Assembly: GCF_000283555.1 (NCBI RefSeq)
Contig: NC_016012.1
Location: 390,001-422,000 of the forward strand
Reading direction: 5' to 3'
DNA length: 32,000 nt
DNA from: Candidatus Arthromitus sp. SFB-rat-Yit
GTDB taxonomy: Bacteria; Bacillota; Clostridia; Clostridiales; Clostridiaceae
Part shown: piece by piece, positions 20,913 to 31,314 of the stretch
Layout of the letters: each line of letters opens with the position of its first letter
How positions within the stretch are numbered: position 1 is the stretch's first letter
The notes under the pieces: generated by a model
What the model was told of the DNA's origin: nothing
What the model saw: the letters and a program-made list of their open reading frames with translations, nothing else
Databases searched by the model: none
Program-made: the position numbers and the translations under genes

Positions 20913-21611
20913 ATGGAGGGGATATGGTTGATATTCACTAATGTTTTTTTAGGAATAGCAATATTTTTAAACAGCATAGCCTGTTCAACTTTTAATAAAG
21001 TGTCTACTAATCAAATATCTGCAGAGAAAAGTGATGTAATGGTACTAAATTCTAATGAGGAATTTTTTGATTTACATAAAAATTCTCCGAGGTATTTTTT
21101 AGATAGTATTGTTTATGAAAATAGAGCAAAAGGTTTATTAAGTAAGAATTTTGAAAAGAATTTTGAAGAGTTTTATGATCAAATTAACGATCGATTATTA
21201 TTCTTAGAAAGAGAGATAGAAAAAATTGAAAACAATGCACAAGCATTTTCAAGTGAGTACATATTTCATAGAAGAAATTATATAATGACAGGAATTCAAA
21301 ATTTAAGAAATAGAATAGAGTGCATGAGTGTAAGAGATAAACGAAAACTTATATGTTATGAATATAAAAATGGAGATATTGGAAATTATGATGGGATATT
21401 AGGATTTAGCATTATATATGCCGACAAGTATAAGCCATTTTTGATTGGAAGTATAGCAATGCCTGATTATATTGGTAAAATTGAGCCGATGATTACATAT
21501 AGAACTTTAAGTACATATAAATCTAAATATAAAATCACAAATGAAAAATTCTACGCTGAAGCATTGAATTATTTGGATAGATATTTTCTAGAAACAGTAG
21601 GATTTAAATAA
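20913..21611 (+). CDS. Hypothetical protein with an N-terminal hydrophobic segment (possible lipoprotein or anchor)
   Basis: The N-terminus is IWLIFTNVFLGIAIFLNSIAC/S, a weak lipobox with no basic n-region. The remainder is a soluble, partly coiled region. I recognise no family. The start is ATG 20913 or TTG 20928. Confidence 0.5.
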   Translation: MEGIWLIFTNVFLGIAIFLNSIACSTFNKVSTNQISAEKSDVMVLNSNEEFFDLHKNSPRYFLDSIVYENRAKGLLSKNFEKNFEEFYDQINDRLLFLEREIEKIENNAQAFSSEYIFHRRNYIMTGIQNLRNRIECMSVRDKRKLICYEYKNGDIGNYDGILGFSIIYADKYKPFLIGSIAMPDYIGKIEPMITYRTLSTYKSKYKITNEKFYAEALNYLDRYFLETVGFK

Positions 21612-21709
21612 ATTATTAAATATCATATATAAACTTGTAAAATAAATTAAAATAAATTAAATTATAAATAACAAAATGTTTACAAGTATGCTTTATGAAA
21701 GGGATATTA

Positions 21710-22222
21710 ATGAAAAAAGTTATAGAAGTTTTTGGAAATGACTTTTTGGAAGATTATTTATTGAAAGAAATTTGTTTTACTGATGGATCTCATAATAGCA
21801 TTTTATTTCATGATTGTACTGTAAAAAATAGGTTATTTAAACTTATTTTAGATTACTTTAATAAGGATTCTGTCTATGTAATAAGTGGGTTTAATATGAA
21901 GCCTTATTTAAATATAGTGGAAAATATATATGATATATTAAATATTGATTTAGATGTTGACATTTATAATAATTCTATTTTTGAAAATTACTGTAGTGTT
22001 TTAGGTTTTAAAACGATTAAGTTAGATTTTTATTTTTTGACTTATATGGATAAATTAAAAAGTATGATTATTGTAGCATTATTAAGCAAGAGTAAAATCA
22101 TATTATTTGACTGGAGTTATTCTGAAAATATGACAAAGTGTGCAAAAGAATTAATGAATAATATAAGTACTCTAAATTTATTTTTAGATAGAGTATTTAT
22201 TGAATTTAAAAAAGCAAGTTAA
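21710..22222 (+). CDS. Hypothetical protein resembling a degenerate ABC-transporter nucleotide-binding domain
   Basis: Its layout parallels an ABC NBD but with the catalytic motifs lost. LKEICFTDGSHNSILFHDCTVKNRLFKLIL sits where Walker A (GxxGxGKS/T) is expected. LTYMDKLKSMIIVALL sits at LSGGQ..r..iA.aL. SKIILFDWS sits at Walker B. I prefer ATG 21710 (AAGGGA upstream) to 21695. Confidence 0.45.
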   Translation: MKKVIEVFGNDFLEDYLLKEICFTDGSHNSILFHDCTVKNRLFKLILDYFNKDSVYVISGFNMKPYLNIVENIYDILNIDLDVDIYNNSIFENYCSVLGFKTIKLDFYFLTYMDKLKSMIIVALLSKSKIILFDWSYSENMTKCAKELMNNISTLNLFLDRVFIEFKKAS

Positions 22223-22245
22223 CTTTTAATAGTAACTTGCTTTTT
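22209..22245. terminator. Bidirectional intrinsic terminator between convergent genes
   Basis: A perfect 13-bp inverted repeat, AAAAAGCAAGTTA (22209-22221) with TAACTTGCTTTTT (22233-22245). It has A/T runs on both sides and spans the + strand stop codon at 22220-22222; the - strand stop at 22226-22228 lies in the loop. Confidence 0.7.
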
Positions 22246-23827
22246 GTGTTTTATAAATATTTGAGCAAAATATTGTAAGAAGGATTGATGTTAGAAATTT
22301 TGTTATTGAGTTTTTGTGCGTATCTAAAAAATTATTTTTGATTGATAAGTTTGCAAATGTTTGTACGGATTCATCATTATTTTGAAAATTATTTTTATTA
22401 TATTCCTTAATAACTGATTTAATTTCTTCTAATGAAAATTCTTTATTGTAGATAACTTTTGGGGATAATTTTTTTATTTTGATAAATTCTTTATACAATT
22501 CATCTACAGAAGTTTGAGGATCATCGAATGTATCACCGTATATTTGTATTAACATACCATCATAATCTTTTAATTTAGGATTATTTTTAAAATTTTCATA
22601 GAATAAATACATTGTACCTTGTTCACTTAGGTTGAAATATTTATTATCAAGTGAACATTTCAGGTCTAAATTTGTGTTATTGATTTGTTTTAACTTATAT
22701 CTTCCTTTTGGAAGATCACATATTTCTATTTTGTTCGACGCGTTATGATATAAACTTTTGATTAATTTATTATTTTGATAGAGATCGTATCTTATATTTT
22801 TTAAAATTGATTGATCATTTGTGTCAGTTGTTATAACCAATTGTTTATTAGTGTTTAAAAGTGATTTGTATAGTAAAGAGATGCAGTTTGATAAATTAGT
22901 TATTGATTTTTTTTCAATGTTATTTAATATATATTTTAAATTATCTTTGGATGAATGAATAACCATTCCGAATTCTTTATTTCTATATCTAGGATATCCA
23001 GTATTTAGATTTATATCGTCCCAACTTGTAGATTCAAAATATGCAAAAGGTATTCCTTCATATTTAAAGTAAACATGATCACTATAATCATAACAATCAC
23101 CTTCTAAAATTGAGATCTTATTAATGTCACTTGATATTAATTCAGGACTAGTTTTTATATCTATGTTTTCATTTTTTGAAGTCTTAAGAATTTCATCTCT
23201 AAACCATCCCTTATTTCCGTTATTTCCATATATGTAAAGATTATCTCCAGTTAATATGCTGTCAATATTTATGTACAAGAGAGTATTTAGTTTTTCATCA
23301 TTATTCATGTTTTTAACATAATATCTAGAGCCAAATAAACCTAATTCTTCTGCATCAAATGCTATAAATTTTATGCTGTAAGGTAATGTTATGTTATTTA
23401 ATTTTTGTGCTAGCTCTAGAAGCACAGATACACCTGATGCGTTATCATCAGCTCCATTTGATGAAGTGGAGTCGTAATGAGCACCTATGATTATTTGGCT
23501 ATTGTTTATACCTTTTTTAAAAGCGATGATATTTTTTGATGTTGTATTTTTTGAATCAATAAGAGGCCAACTAAAAACTTGTTCTTGAACTTCATAACCA
23601 TATTTTTGAAATTCATTCTTGATATATTTTTGGGCGTTTATTATTGATTTTGTTCCGCTTATGCGAGGAGTTTTAGATAAATGGGAAATATGTTTTATTG
23701 CAACTTTTCCAAATGTTAATTTATTTTGTGAATAGGGGTAAGTTTTAATAAGTGTTAAATTTGAGATTGTAAATATGGAAAGCAATAATATGCTTAGAAA
23801 TTTAAAAATAATTTTAAAATTTTTCAT
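22226..23827 (-). CDS. M28-family Zn aminopeptidase with a long C-terminal extension and a C-terminal hydrophobic tail
   Basis: It has a signal/anchor peptide. M28 metal-ligand blocks are IIGAHYDS...GADDNASGVSVLLELA and AFDAEELGLFGSRYY. About 230 further aa and the terminal segment FLTSILLTIFCSNIY follow. RBS GGAG lies upstream. Confidence 0.8.
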   Translation of the reverse strand: MKNFKIIFKFLSILLLSIFTISNLTLIKTYPYSQNKLTFGKVAIKHISHLSKTPRISGTKSIINAQKYIKNEFQKYGYEVQEQVFSWPLIDSKNTTSKNIIAFKKGINNSQIIIGAHYDSTSSNGADDNASGVSVLLELAQKLNNITLPYSIKFIAFDAEELGLFGSRYYVKNMNNDEKLNTLLYINIDSILTGDNLYIYGNNGNKGWFRDEILKTSKNENIDIKTSPELISSDINKISILEGDCYDYSDHVYFKYEGIPFAYFESTSWDDINLNTGYPRYRNKEFGMVIHSSKDNLKYILNNIEKKSITNLSNCISLLYKSLLNTNKQLVITTDTNDQSILKNIRYDLYQNNKLIKSLYHNASNKIEICDLPKGRYKLKQINNTNLDLKCSLDNKYFNLSEQGTMYLFYENFKNNPKLKDYDGMLIQIYGDTFDDPQTSVDELYKEFIKIKKLSPKVIYNKEFSLEEIKSVIKEYNKNNFQNNDESVQTFANLSIKNNFLDTHKNSITKFLTSILLTIFCSNIYKTQKASYY

Positions 23828-23896
23828 TTTAATATCTCCTTGAGGATTTATGTATTAAGTATAGTTTTAGTATTTTTTTATAAAAAATTATTTTTT

Positions 23897-23930
23897 ATGG
23901 TAAATATTTATTGAATTTTATATTTACCAT
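23897..23930. promoter_or_regulatory. 11-bp perfect inverted repeat in a divergent intergenic region (candidate operator)
   Basis: ATGGTAAATAT (23897-23907) and ATATTTACCAT (23920-23930) are separated by 12 nt. The half-site core TACCATGA recurs about 20 nt downstream (gttaccatgaaatt). Confidence 0.35.
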
Positions 23931-23986
23931 GATATTAGTTTGTGTTACCATGAAATTATTTAATTTATTGAGAGGATAATTTTTAA

Positions 23987-24172
23987 GTGTTTAAAAGGTT
24001 TACTTTTAAAAAAAATAAGAGCAGATTCATAGCTTATGTTTCCTTTTTAATATTGAATTTTGGATTATTGATTTTTTCTATGTTTAAAAAGGATAAAAGC
24101 ATATTATTTATATCAGCTTTAATTTTAATTTTGTATTTTATATTTTTGATTAAAAATTTATATAAAAAGTAA
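23987..24172 (+). CDS. Small two-TM membrane protein (61 aa), hypothetical
   Basis: It has a GTG start with GAGAGGA upstream and two hydrophobic helices (FIAYVSFLILNFGLLIFSMF and ILFISALILILYFIFLI). It ends 16 nt before the ppiB ATG. I recognise no homology. Confidence 0.35.
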   Translation: MFKRFTFKKNKSRFIAYVSFLILNFGLLIFSMFKKDKSILFISALILILYFIFLIKNLYKK

Positions 24173-24188
24173 TATGGAGGTTTATAGT

Positions 24189-24716
24189 ATGAACAAAAAT
24201 CCTGTTGGAGTTATTAAAATAAAAAATTTTGGGGAAGTTAAATTTGAATTATACCCAGAAGTTGCACCAATTACGGTTACAAACTTTATAGATCTAGTAA
24301 ATAATGGATATTATACCGGTTTAACTTTTCACAGAATTATAAAAGGGTTTGTAATTCAAGGAGGATGTCCATTAGGATCAGGAATAGGAGGACCAGGTTA
24401 CTCAATAAAAGGTGAATTTAAGATAAATGGAGTTGAAAATAATATAAAGCATGAACTTGGAGTCTTGTCTATGGCAAGGGCGAATGATCCGAATTCTGGA
24501 GGAAGTCAATTTTTTATAATGCTAGGTAATGCTCCGCATTTAGATGGAAGTTATGCAGCATTTGGAAAAGTTATTGATGGAATAGATATTATTTTAAATA
24601 TTGGAGATGAGGAAGTGTTTGGTGATACTCCCAAAAATAAACCAGTTATTGATAAGATAGAGATCGACACTTTTGGGGTAGATTACGTATTATCTAAGGA
24701 ACAAAAAATTAAGTAA
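24189..24716 (+). CDS. ppiB: Cyclophilin-type peptidyl-prolyl cis-trans isomerase
   Basis: Cyclophilin signatures FHRIIKGFVIQGG, GGSQFFI and LDGSYAAFGKV are present. ATG 24189 has GGAGG 8 nt upstream. Confidence 0.9.
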   Translation: MNKNPVGVIKIKNFGEVKFELYPEVAPITVTNFIDLVNNGYYTGLTFHRIIKGFVIQGGCPLGSGIGGPGYSIKGEFKINGVENNIKHELGVLSMARANDPNSGGSQFFIMLGNAPHLDGSYAAFGKVIDGIDIILNIGDEEVFGDTPKNKPVIDKIEIDTFGVDYVLSKEQKIK

Positions 24717-24733
24717 TATAGAGGTGTTAGTTT

Positions 24734-26668
24734 ATGATAGAAATTATTCTTAAGGATGGATCCAAGAAAGAAATAGATACTCCTATAAGTGTAATTGATT
24801 TTGCAAGATCTATTAGTAATGGATTAGCAAATGCTGCCACATGTGCTGAAGTTGACGGGAAAATTGTAGATTTGAGATATATAATTGAAAGAAATTGTAG
24901 TTTGAATATATTAACATTTAATGATGAAAATGGGAAGCAAGCATTTTGGCATACAACAAGTCATGTATTAGCACAAGCAGTTAAAAGATTGTTTACTAAT
25001 GTAAAAATTGCGATAGGACCTAGTATTGATAATGGATTTTACTATGATTTTGATATAGATACTCCTTTCACGCAAGAGGATTTAAATAAAATCGAAGAAG
25101 AAATGAAAAAGATAGTTAAGGAAGGTTTATCGATCGATAGGTTTGTTTTAAATAAGGATGAAGCAATTGACAAGATGAGTAAATGTAATGAAACTTATAA
25201 AGTTGAACTTATAAATGATATAAGCTCTGATTGTGAAATTTCTTTCTATAGACAAGGTGAGTTTGAGGATTTATGTTCAGGACCTCATTTATTATCTACA
25301 AAACATATTAAAGCAATTAAGCTATTAAGTTCTACTGGAGCTTATTGGAGAGGGAATGAAAAAAATAAAATGCTTACTCGTGTTTATGGTATATCATTTC
25401 CTAAAGCTAGTATGTTGACGGAGTATTTAGAAAAACTTGAGGATGCGAAGAGGAGAGATCATAACAAAATAGGAAGAGAACTTGAATTTTTTACTACAAA
25501 TGAATTTATAGGTCAAGGATTACCACTTCTTATGCCTAAAGGGGCAAAACTTATGCAAATTCTTCAAAGATTTGTTGAAGATGAGGAGGAGAAGAGAGGG
25601 TATGTTCTCACAAGGACTCCTACATTTGCTAAGAGTGATTTATATAAAATATCTGGACATTGGGATCATTATAGAGATGGAATGTTTATTTTGGGAGATG
25701 AAGAAAAAGATACAGAAGTGTTTGCTTTAAGACCAATGACTTGTCCATTTCAATTTATGATATATAAAGCATCTCCTAAAAGTTATAGGGATCTTCCTAT
25801 AAGATATGGTGAAACTGCAGTTCTTAGTAGAAATGAGTCATCCGGAGAAATGCATGGACTTATACGTGTTAGACAATTTACTTTATCAGATGGACATATA
25901 GTCTGCACAAATGATCAGCTTGAGGATGAATTTAGAGCAGCTGTAGATTTAGTAAAATATATAATGGAATGCCTTGGTATTAGTGAAGATGTTAGCTATA
26001 GATTTTCAAAATGGGATAGTAAAAATAAAGATAAGTATATAGGCGAGGAAGAGGTATGGGAAGAAACTCAGCGTAATATGAAGCAAATACTTGATAATTT
26101 GAATTTAAACTATAAAGAACAAGAAGGAGAAGCGGCATTTTATGGACCGAAGCTTGATATACAATTTAAGAATGTTCATGGTAAGGAAGATACAATAATA
26201 ACAATTCAGATAGATTTTAGCTTAGCAGAGAGATTTGGAATGTTTTACATAGATTCAGATGGCAAGAAAAAACATCCAATGATAATACATAGAAGTTCCA
26301 TAGGATGTTATGAGAGAACAATTGCTATGCTTATTGAAAAATATGCAGGAGCTCTTCCAGCTTGGTTGAGCCCAACTCAAGTTAAGGTATTACCAATATC
26401 TGAAAAATTTAATGATTATGCAAAGGAAGTTACAGATAAACTCAAGAATTTTGGAATTAGAGTTGGATGTGATTACAGGTATGAAAAAATAGGATATAAA
26501 ATAAGGGAAGCAAGGATGGAGAAGATTCCGTATTTATTAATAGTTGGGGAAAAAGAGCAAGAATCTGGAGGCGTATCTGTCAGAGATAGAGTTAATGGAG
26601 ATATAGGTATTTTAAAATTAGATGAATTTATAAATAATATAAATGAGGAAATAGTTAATAAAAAATAG
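24734..26668 (+). CDS. thrS: Threonyl-tRNA synthetase
   Basis: It has an N-terminal TGS domain and the editing-domain motifs HTTSHVLAQAV and GAYWRG. Class II core motifs are FRHE-like RPMTCPF, VRQFTLSDGH and HRSSIGCYER. The anticodon-binding domain is present. It is 644 aa. Confidence 0.95.
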   Translation: MIEIILKDGSKKEIDTPISVIDFARSISNGLANAATCAEVDGKIVDLRYIIERNCSLNILTFNDENGKQAFWHTTSHVLAQAVKRLFTNVKIAIGPSIDNGFYYDFDIDTPFTQEDLNKIEEEMKKIVKEGLSIDRFVLNKDEAIDKMSKCNETYKVELINDISSDCEISFYRQGEFEDLCSGPHLLSTKHIKAIKLLSSTGAYWRGNEKNKMLTRVYGISFPKASMLTEYLEKLEDAKRRDHNKIGRELEFFTTNEFIGQGLPLLMPKGAKLMQILQRFVEDEEEKRGYVLTRTPTFAKSDLYKISGHWDHYRDGMFILGDEEKDTEVFALRPMTCPFQFMIYKASPKSYRDLPIRYGETAVLSRNESSGEMHGLIRVRQFTLSDGHIVCTNDQLEDEFRAAVDLVKYIMECLGISEDVSYRFSKWDSKNKDKYIGEEEVWEETQRNMKQILDNLNLNYKEQEGEAAFYGPKLDIQFKNVHGKEDTIITIQIDFSLAERFGMFYIDSDGKKKHPMIIHRSSIGCYERTIAMLIEKYAGALPAWLSPTQVKVLPISEKFNDYAKEVTDKLKNFGIRVGCDYRYEKIGYKIREARMEKIPYLLIVGEKEQESGGVSVRDRVNGDIGILKLDEFINNINEEIVNKK

Positions 26669-26790
26669 TAAAATATATTTTTAGATTTATAATTTTATTA
26701 ATTATATTTAAAATAGTATAAAACTTGAGTAAAATATTGAAAATATGTAATAATTTTAAAAAAATAACTAATTTTGGTATTTAAATTAAT

Positions 26791-26819
26791 TTGTAATTTT
26801 TGATTTATTTAATTATATT
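26791..26819 (+). promoter_or_regulatory. Candidate SigA promoter of groESL
   Basis: TTGTAA (26791-26796), a 17-nt spacer, then TATATT (26814-26819), immediately upstream of CIRCE. Confidence 0.45.
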
Positions 26820-26830
26820 AATATCATACT

Positions 26831-26857
26831 TTAGCACACTTGGTAAATGAGTGCTAA
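26831..26857. promoter_or_regulatory. CIRCE operator (HrcA binding site)
   Basis: TTAGCACAC-N9-GAGTGCTAA differs from the consensus TTAGCACTC-N9-GAGTGCTAA at one position. It lies 33 nt upstream of the groES ATG. Confidence 0.85.
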
Positions 26858-26889
26858 TTGATTATGTTTATAATAGGAGGTTGTATTTT

Positions 26890-27177
26890 ATGAATATAAG
26901 ACCACTTGCGGATAGAGTTGTTCTTAAGAGATTAGAAGCTGAAGAGAAAACAAAATCAGGAATAGTTTTAGCAGGAAGTGCTAAGGAAAAGCCGCAGGAA
27001 GCAGAAGTTATAGCTGTTGGATCAGGAGGATTTACAACAGATGGTAAAGAGATAAAAATGGAAGTTAAAGTTGGAGATAAAGTTTTGATTTCCAAGTATT
27101 CAGGGACTGAAGTTAAAGTTGATAAAGAAGAATATATAATAGTTAAACAAGAGGATATATTGGCTGTTGTTGAATAA
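26890..27177 (+). CDS. groES: Co-chaperonin GroES
   Basis: [13 protein letters not shown] is the canonical GroES N-terminus. AGGAGG lies 8 nt upstream. The track's earlier start at 26851 overlaps CIRCE and is not used. Confidence 0.95.
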   Translation: MNIRPLADRVVLKRLEAEEKTKSGIVLAGSAKEKPQEAEVIAVGSGGFTTDGKEIKMEVKVGDKVLISKYSGTEVKVDKEEYIIVKQEDILAVVE

Positions 27178-27191
27178 ATTTTTGGAGGTAA

Positions 27192-28822
<1,631 letters not shown>

Positions 28823-28823
<1 letters not shown>

Positions 28824-28857
28824 AAAGGTTTGGATTTATCCAAACCTTTTCTTTTTT
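28823..28857 (+). terminator. Intrinsic terminator after groEL
   Basis: A perfect 12-bp stem, AAAAGGTTTGGA (28823-28834) with TCCAAACCTTTT (28839-28850) and loop TTTA, followed by CTTTTTT. Confidence 0.85.
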
Positions 28858-28878
28858 GTTTGTAATAAAAATTTTAAT

Positions 28879-29907
28879 ATGACACAAATTAATAGTATTA
28901 ATTTATATGATTTGTTTAGAGGAGAGAGATTATTGTTTAAGAAAATTTTGAAAAAAAATGGTAATAAGAAGAAAGTAGAGCACGATAAGGAAGTAATTAA
29001 TAAAAGTGATAAAGAAGAGAATAATGATGAGAAGTTAAATAACAATCATATTAATGAAAATAAAAATTATTTTGAAGATGTTAGGAAAACTTTATTAAAT
29101 ATTGATACAAAGAATGTAGAGTTTAATGAGAAAGCAGATAAAATTTTAAAATATGCTAATTCTCAGAATAATATGTTTGATACATTAGAAAAGAAGGCAA
29201 TAGATAGAGTAGATGATTATAGAAATTTAAATCAAACAATATCTGATATTTTTAAAATTATAAAAGATGAAGAAATATTAGTATCAGAAGGTGAAGACAA
29301 AATTGTATTTTTGATATCTAATGTTGATAAATTAATTCAGAATTTTTCAAATATTAGTAGGGTATTTGGAAGTTTGAACAATAAGATAACTGAGATAAAT
29401 AAATTTACAGAGGTTATAAATAAAATTTCAAGTCAAACTAATCTTTTAGCACTTAATGCATCTATTGAAGCTGCTAGAGCAGGTGAAGCTGGTAAAGGAT
29501 TTGCTGTTGTTGCTGACGAGGTAAGAAAATTAGCTGAAGAAACTAAGAAAGCATCGGAACATATAAATAAAACTATAGATGAAATAACTAATGAAACAGA
29601 AGAAATTTCTTATGAGATGATGCAAAATATATCGGATGTAAATGTAATAAAGGAATCTTCAGAAAAAACTTTTAATATGTTAGCTTCTTTAAAGCAAACG
29701 AGTTATAAAAAATATACTCAAATAGAGTTAGTTAGAGATAAATTACAAGAATTGAAAAGTATTATGCAATCTATGTCTGGAGAATTTTCAAAAATAAAAG
29801 AGGTATTTGGACTCAAGGAAGAAATAATAAAAGATATTTTGGAACTTTGCGTTTATTATGTTGATAAATTGGAGTTGTTAAAAGAAATATTAGAAAAAAA
29901 TGACTAA
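28879..29907 (+). CDS. Soluble methyl-accepting chemotaxis protein-like signalling protein (no TM or recognisable sensor domain)
   Basis: The highly conserved MCP hairpin tip [39 protein letters not shown] is present. The N-terminus is K/N/E-rich low complexity. The start is uncertain: ATG 28879 has no RBS, while in-frame TTG 28933 has AGGAGAG upstream. Confidence 0.75.
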   Translation: MTQINSINLYDLFRGERLLFKKILKKNGNKKKVEHDKEVINKSDKEENNDEKLNNNHINENKNYFEDVRKTLLNIDTKNVEFNEKADKILKYANSQNNMFDTLEKKAIDRVDDYRNLNQTISDIFKIIKDEEILVSEGEDKIVFLISNVDKLIQNFSNISRVFGSLNNKITEINKFTEVINKISSQTNLLALNASIEAARAGEAGKGFAVVADEVRKLAEETKKASEHINKTIDEITNETEEISYEMMQNISDVNVIKESSEKTFNMLASLKQTSYKKYTQIELVRDKLQELKSIMQSMSGEFSKIKEVFGLKEEIIKDILELCVYYVDKLELLKEILEKND

Positions 29908-29991
29908 AGATGTCTACATAAAATTGAATAATAAATGTATTTTGTTGAAAATATTTAAATATTATGGATATTTAAATAGGGGGTAAACAAA

Positions 29992-30384
29992 ATGAAATTT
30001 AAAAATAGAAAAAAGAATGGATTTAGTATTATAGAGGTCATGGTATCATTTGTTATCATAATTATAATAGTACTTTTGATAGGACCTAATCTATTTTCTA
30101 CATATGAAAGGTCTAAAGAGATGTCTAAGGTAAGTGATGCAAGCGCTATAGTTAATGCTACTGATATGCACAATTTAAATAGATTCATGGAAGGAGAAAT
30201 TGAGGCAATTTCAGACAATATTACAATGTCTGAACTTCGTCAAATTAATGAACAATATAAGTATTTAAATAATTGGCCTAAATGGGTGACTGATTCCATG
30301 ACATTAAAAGATATTAAAGATATAGCAAATAATAATTTAGTTAATAAAAGTACTATATCTAGAGCAATTGATAACAGAGTGTAA
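29992..30384 (+). CDS. Type IV pilin/pseudopilin precursor (class III signal peptide)
   Basis: MKFKNRKKNG/FSIIEVMVSFVIIIIIVLLI has a basic leader, the G/F cleavage site, Glu at +5 and a hydrophobic alpha1-N helix. RBS GGGGG lies upstream. Confidence 0.7.
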   Translation: MKFKNRKKNGFSIIEVMVSFVIIIIIVLLIGPNLFSTYERSKEMSKVSDASAIVNATDMHNLNRFMEGEIEAISDNITMSELRQINEQYKYLNNWPKWVTDSMTLKDIKDIANNNLVNKSTISRAIDNRV

Positions 30385-30385
30385 T

Positions 30386-31084
30386 ATGAAATTAGGAATA
30401 TATATTTACATATTGTTGAGCACTGTAATGAGTGCGATGTTAAATTTTTTAATTCTAAAAATTATAGGTAATTTAGATTATAAAATTTTTGGATTAAAAG
30501 ATAAGAATGCTTCTATATTTGTAATATATAGAGGTATTTTTAAAGATAAAATATTATTATTTAGAATTTGTATTTGCAGTGTATTATTTATAATATTTAA
30601 TACTATAATTTTATTTAAAATTTTAGATAAATTCAGTTTTATAATGATTTATACATATTTAAAATATTATTATTTATTTTTAGTGATTTATATATTTGCT
30701 TTTATAGATTATATAACGTACTATGTTTATACGATTTTGTCATATCCAATAATTATATTTTCTTTAGTTATGTTTATATTGTCGTTTTTAGATTCAAGAA
30801 ATATTAAAATCAATTTAGAAACTATAATTTTAATAGGATTTTTATATTTATTGATAAATAAATTTAAATTTCTAGGTGAAGGTGATTTCGATATATTATT
30901 AATAGTAGCTTTGACTTTAGGAGTTTTACCTACAATATTTATTTTTTATTTATCAATAATTATGTCCGGGATAATAGGTATTGGGATTTTATTTAAGAAT
31001 TGTTTTAAATTGCAAAATAATAGATTAGCATTTGTCCCGTTTATTTTTATAGCAACTACAGTTTTTATAGCCCTAAAAGTATAA
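30386..31084 (+). CDS. A24-family prepilin peptidase (short form, no N-terminal methyltransferase/Zn region evident)
   Basis: It is a polytopic membrane protein. The two aspartate motifs are FAFIDYITYYV (compare FIDxxxxxIP) and LGEGDFDILLI (compare GGGDIKL), and AFVPFIFIA is present near the C-terminus. The ATG lies 1 nt after the pilin stop. Confidence 0.65.
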   Translation: MKLGIYIYILLSTVMSAMLNFLILKIIGNLDYKIFGLKDKNASIFVIYRGIFKDKILLFRICICSVLFIIFNTIILFKILDKFSFIMIYTYLKYYYLFLVIYIFAFIDYITYYVYTILSYPIIIFSLVMFILSFLDSRNIKINLETIILIGFLYLLINKFKFLGEGDFDILLIVALTLGVLPTIFIFYLSIIMSGIIGIGILFKNCFKLQNNRLAFVPFIFIATTVFIALKV

Positions 31085-31314
31085 ATATTAATTTATTTTA
31101 ATTAATATTTAAATATTAGATTGAAACCTAATTATATAAGTAGTATAATTGTATAAATATACTTTGATTGTATAATTGAAAATTAGATTTTTATCTGTTA
31201 ATATTTAGGGTTATTTGAGAGGATATTTGTTAATGTAAATAATTAAATAGTTACATAGAAATTTATATAGAAAAATTATTTTTGAATTGTATAATTTAAA
31301 AACTGGCTATCTGG

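Noticed and set aside
20806-21694. tRNA-Sec (selC) next to selB.
   Set aside because: The flanking gaps are AT-rich and contain only a terminator and AT repeats. There is no GC-rich acceptor stem or cloverleaf candidate.
23828-24733. T-box leader expected upstream of a Firmicute thrS.
   Set aside because: thrS begins 17 nt after the ppiB stop. I found no T-box core (GGGTGGTACCGCG-like) or specifier-loop architecture in 23828-24188. thrS appears to be co-transcribed with ppiB here. This is an absence call made by eye only.
26851-26889. Upstream ATG/GTG extensions given by the ORF track for groES (26851), minC (6177), ppiB (24174), comEA (15671) and the ORF at 21695.
   Set aside because: In each case a downstream ATG has a properly spaced Shine-Dalgarno sequence and gives the canonical family N-terminus. 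The groES extension would overlap the CIRCE operator.
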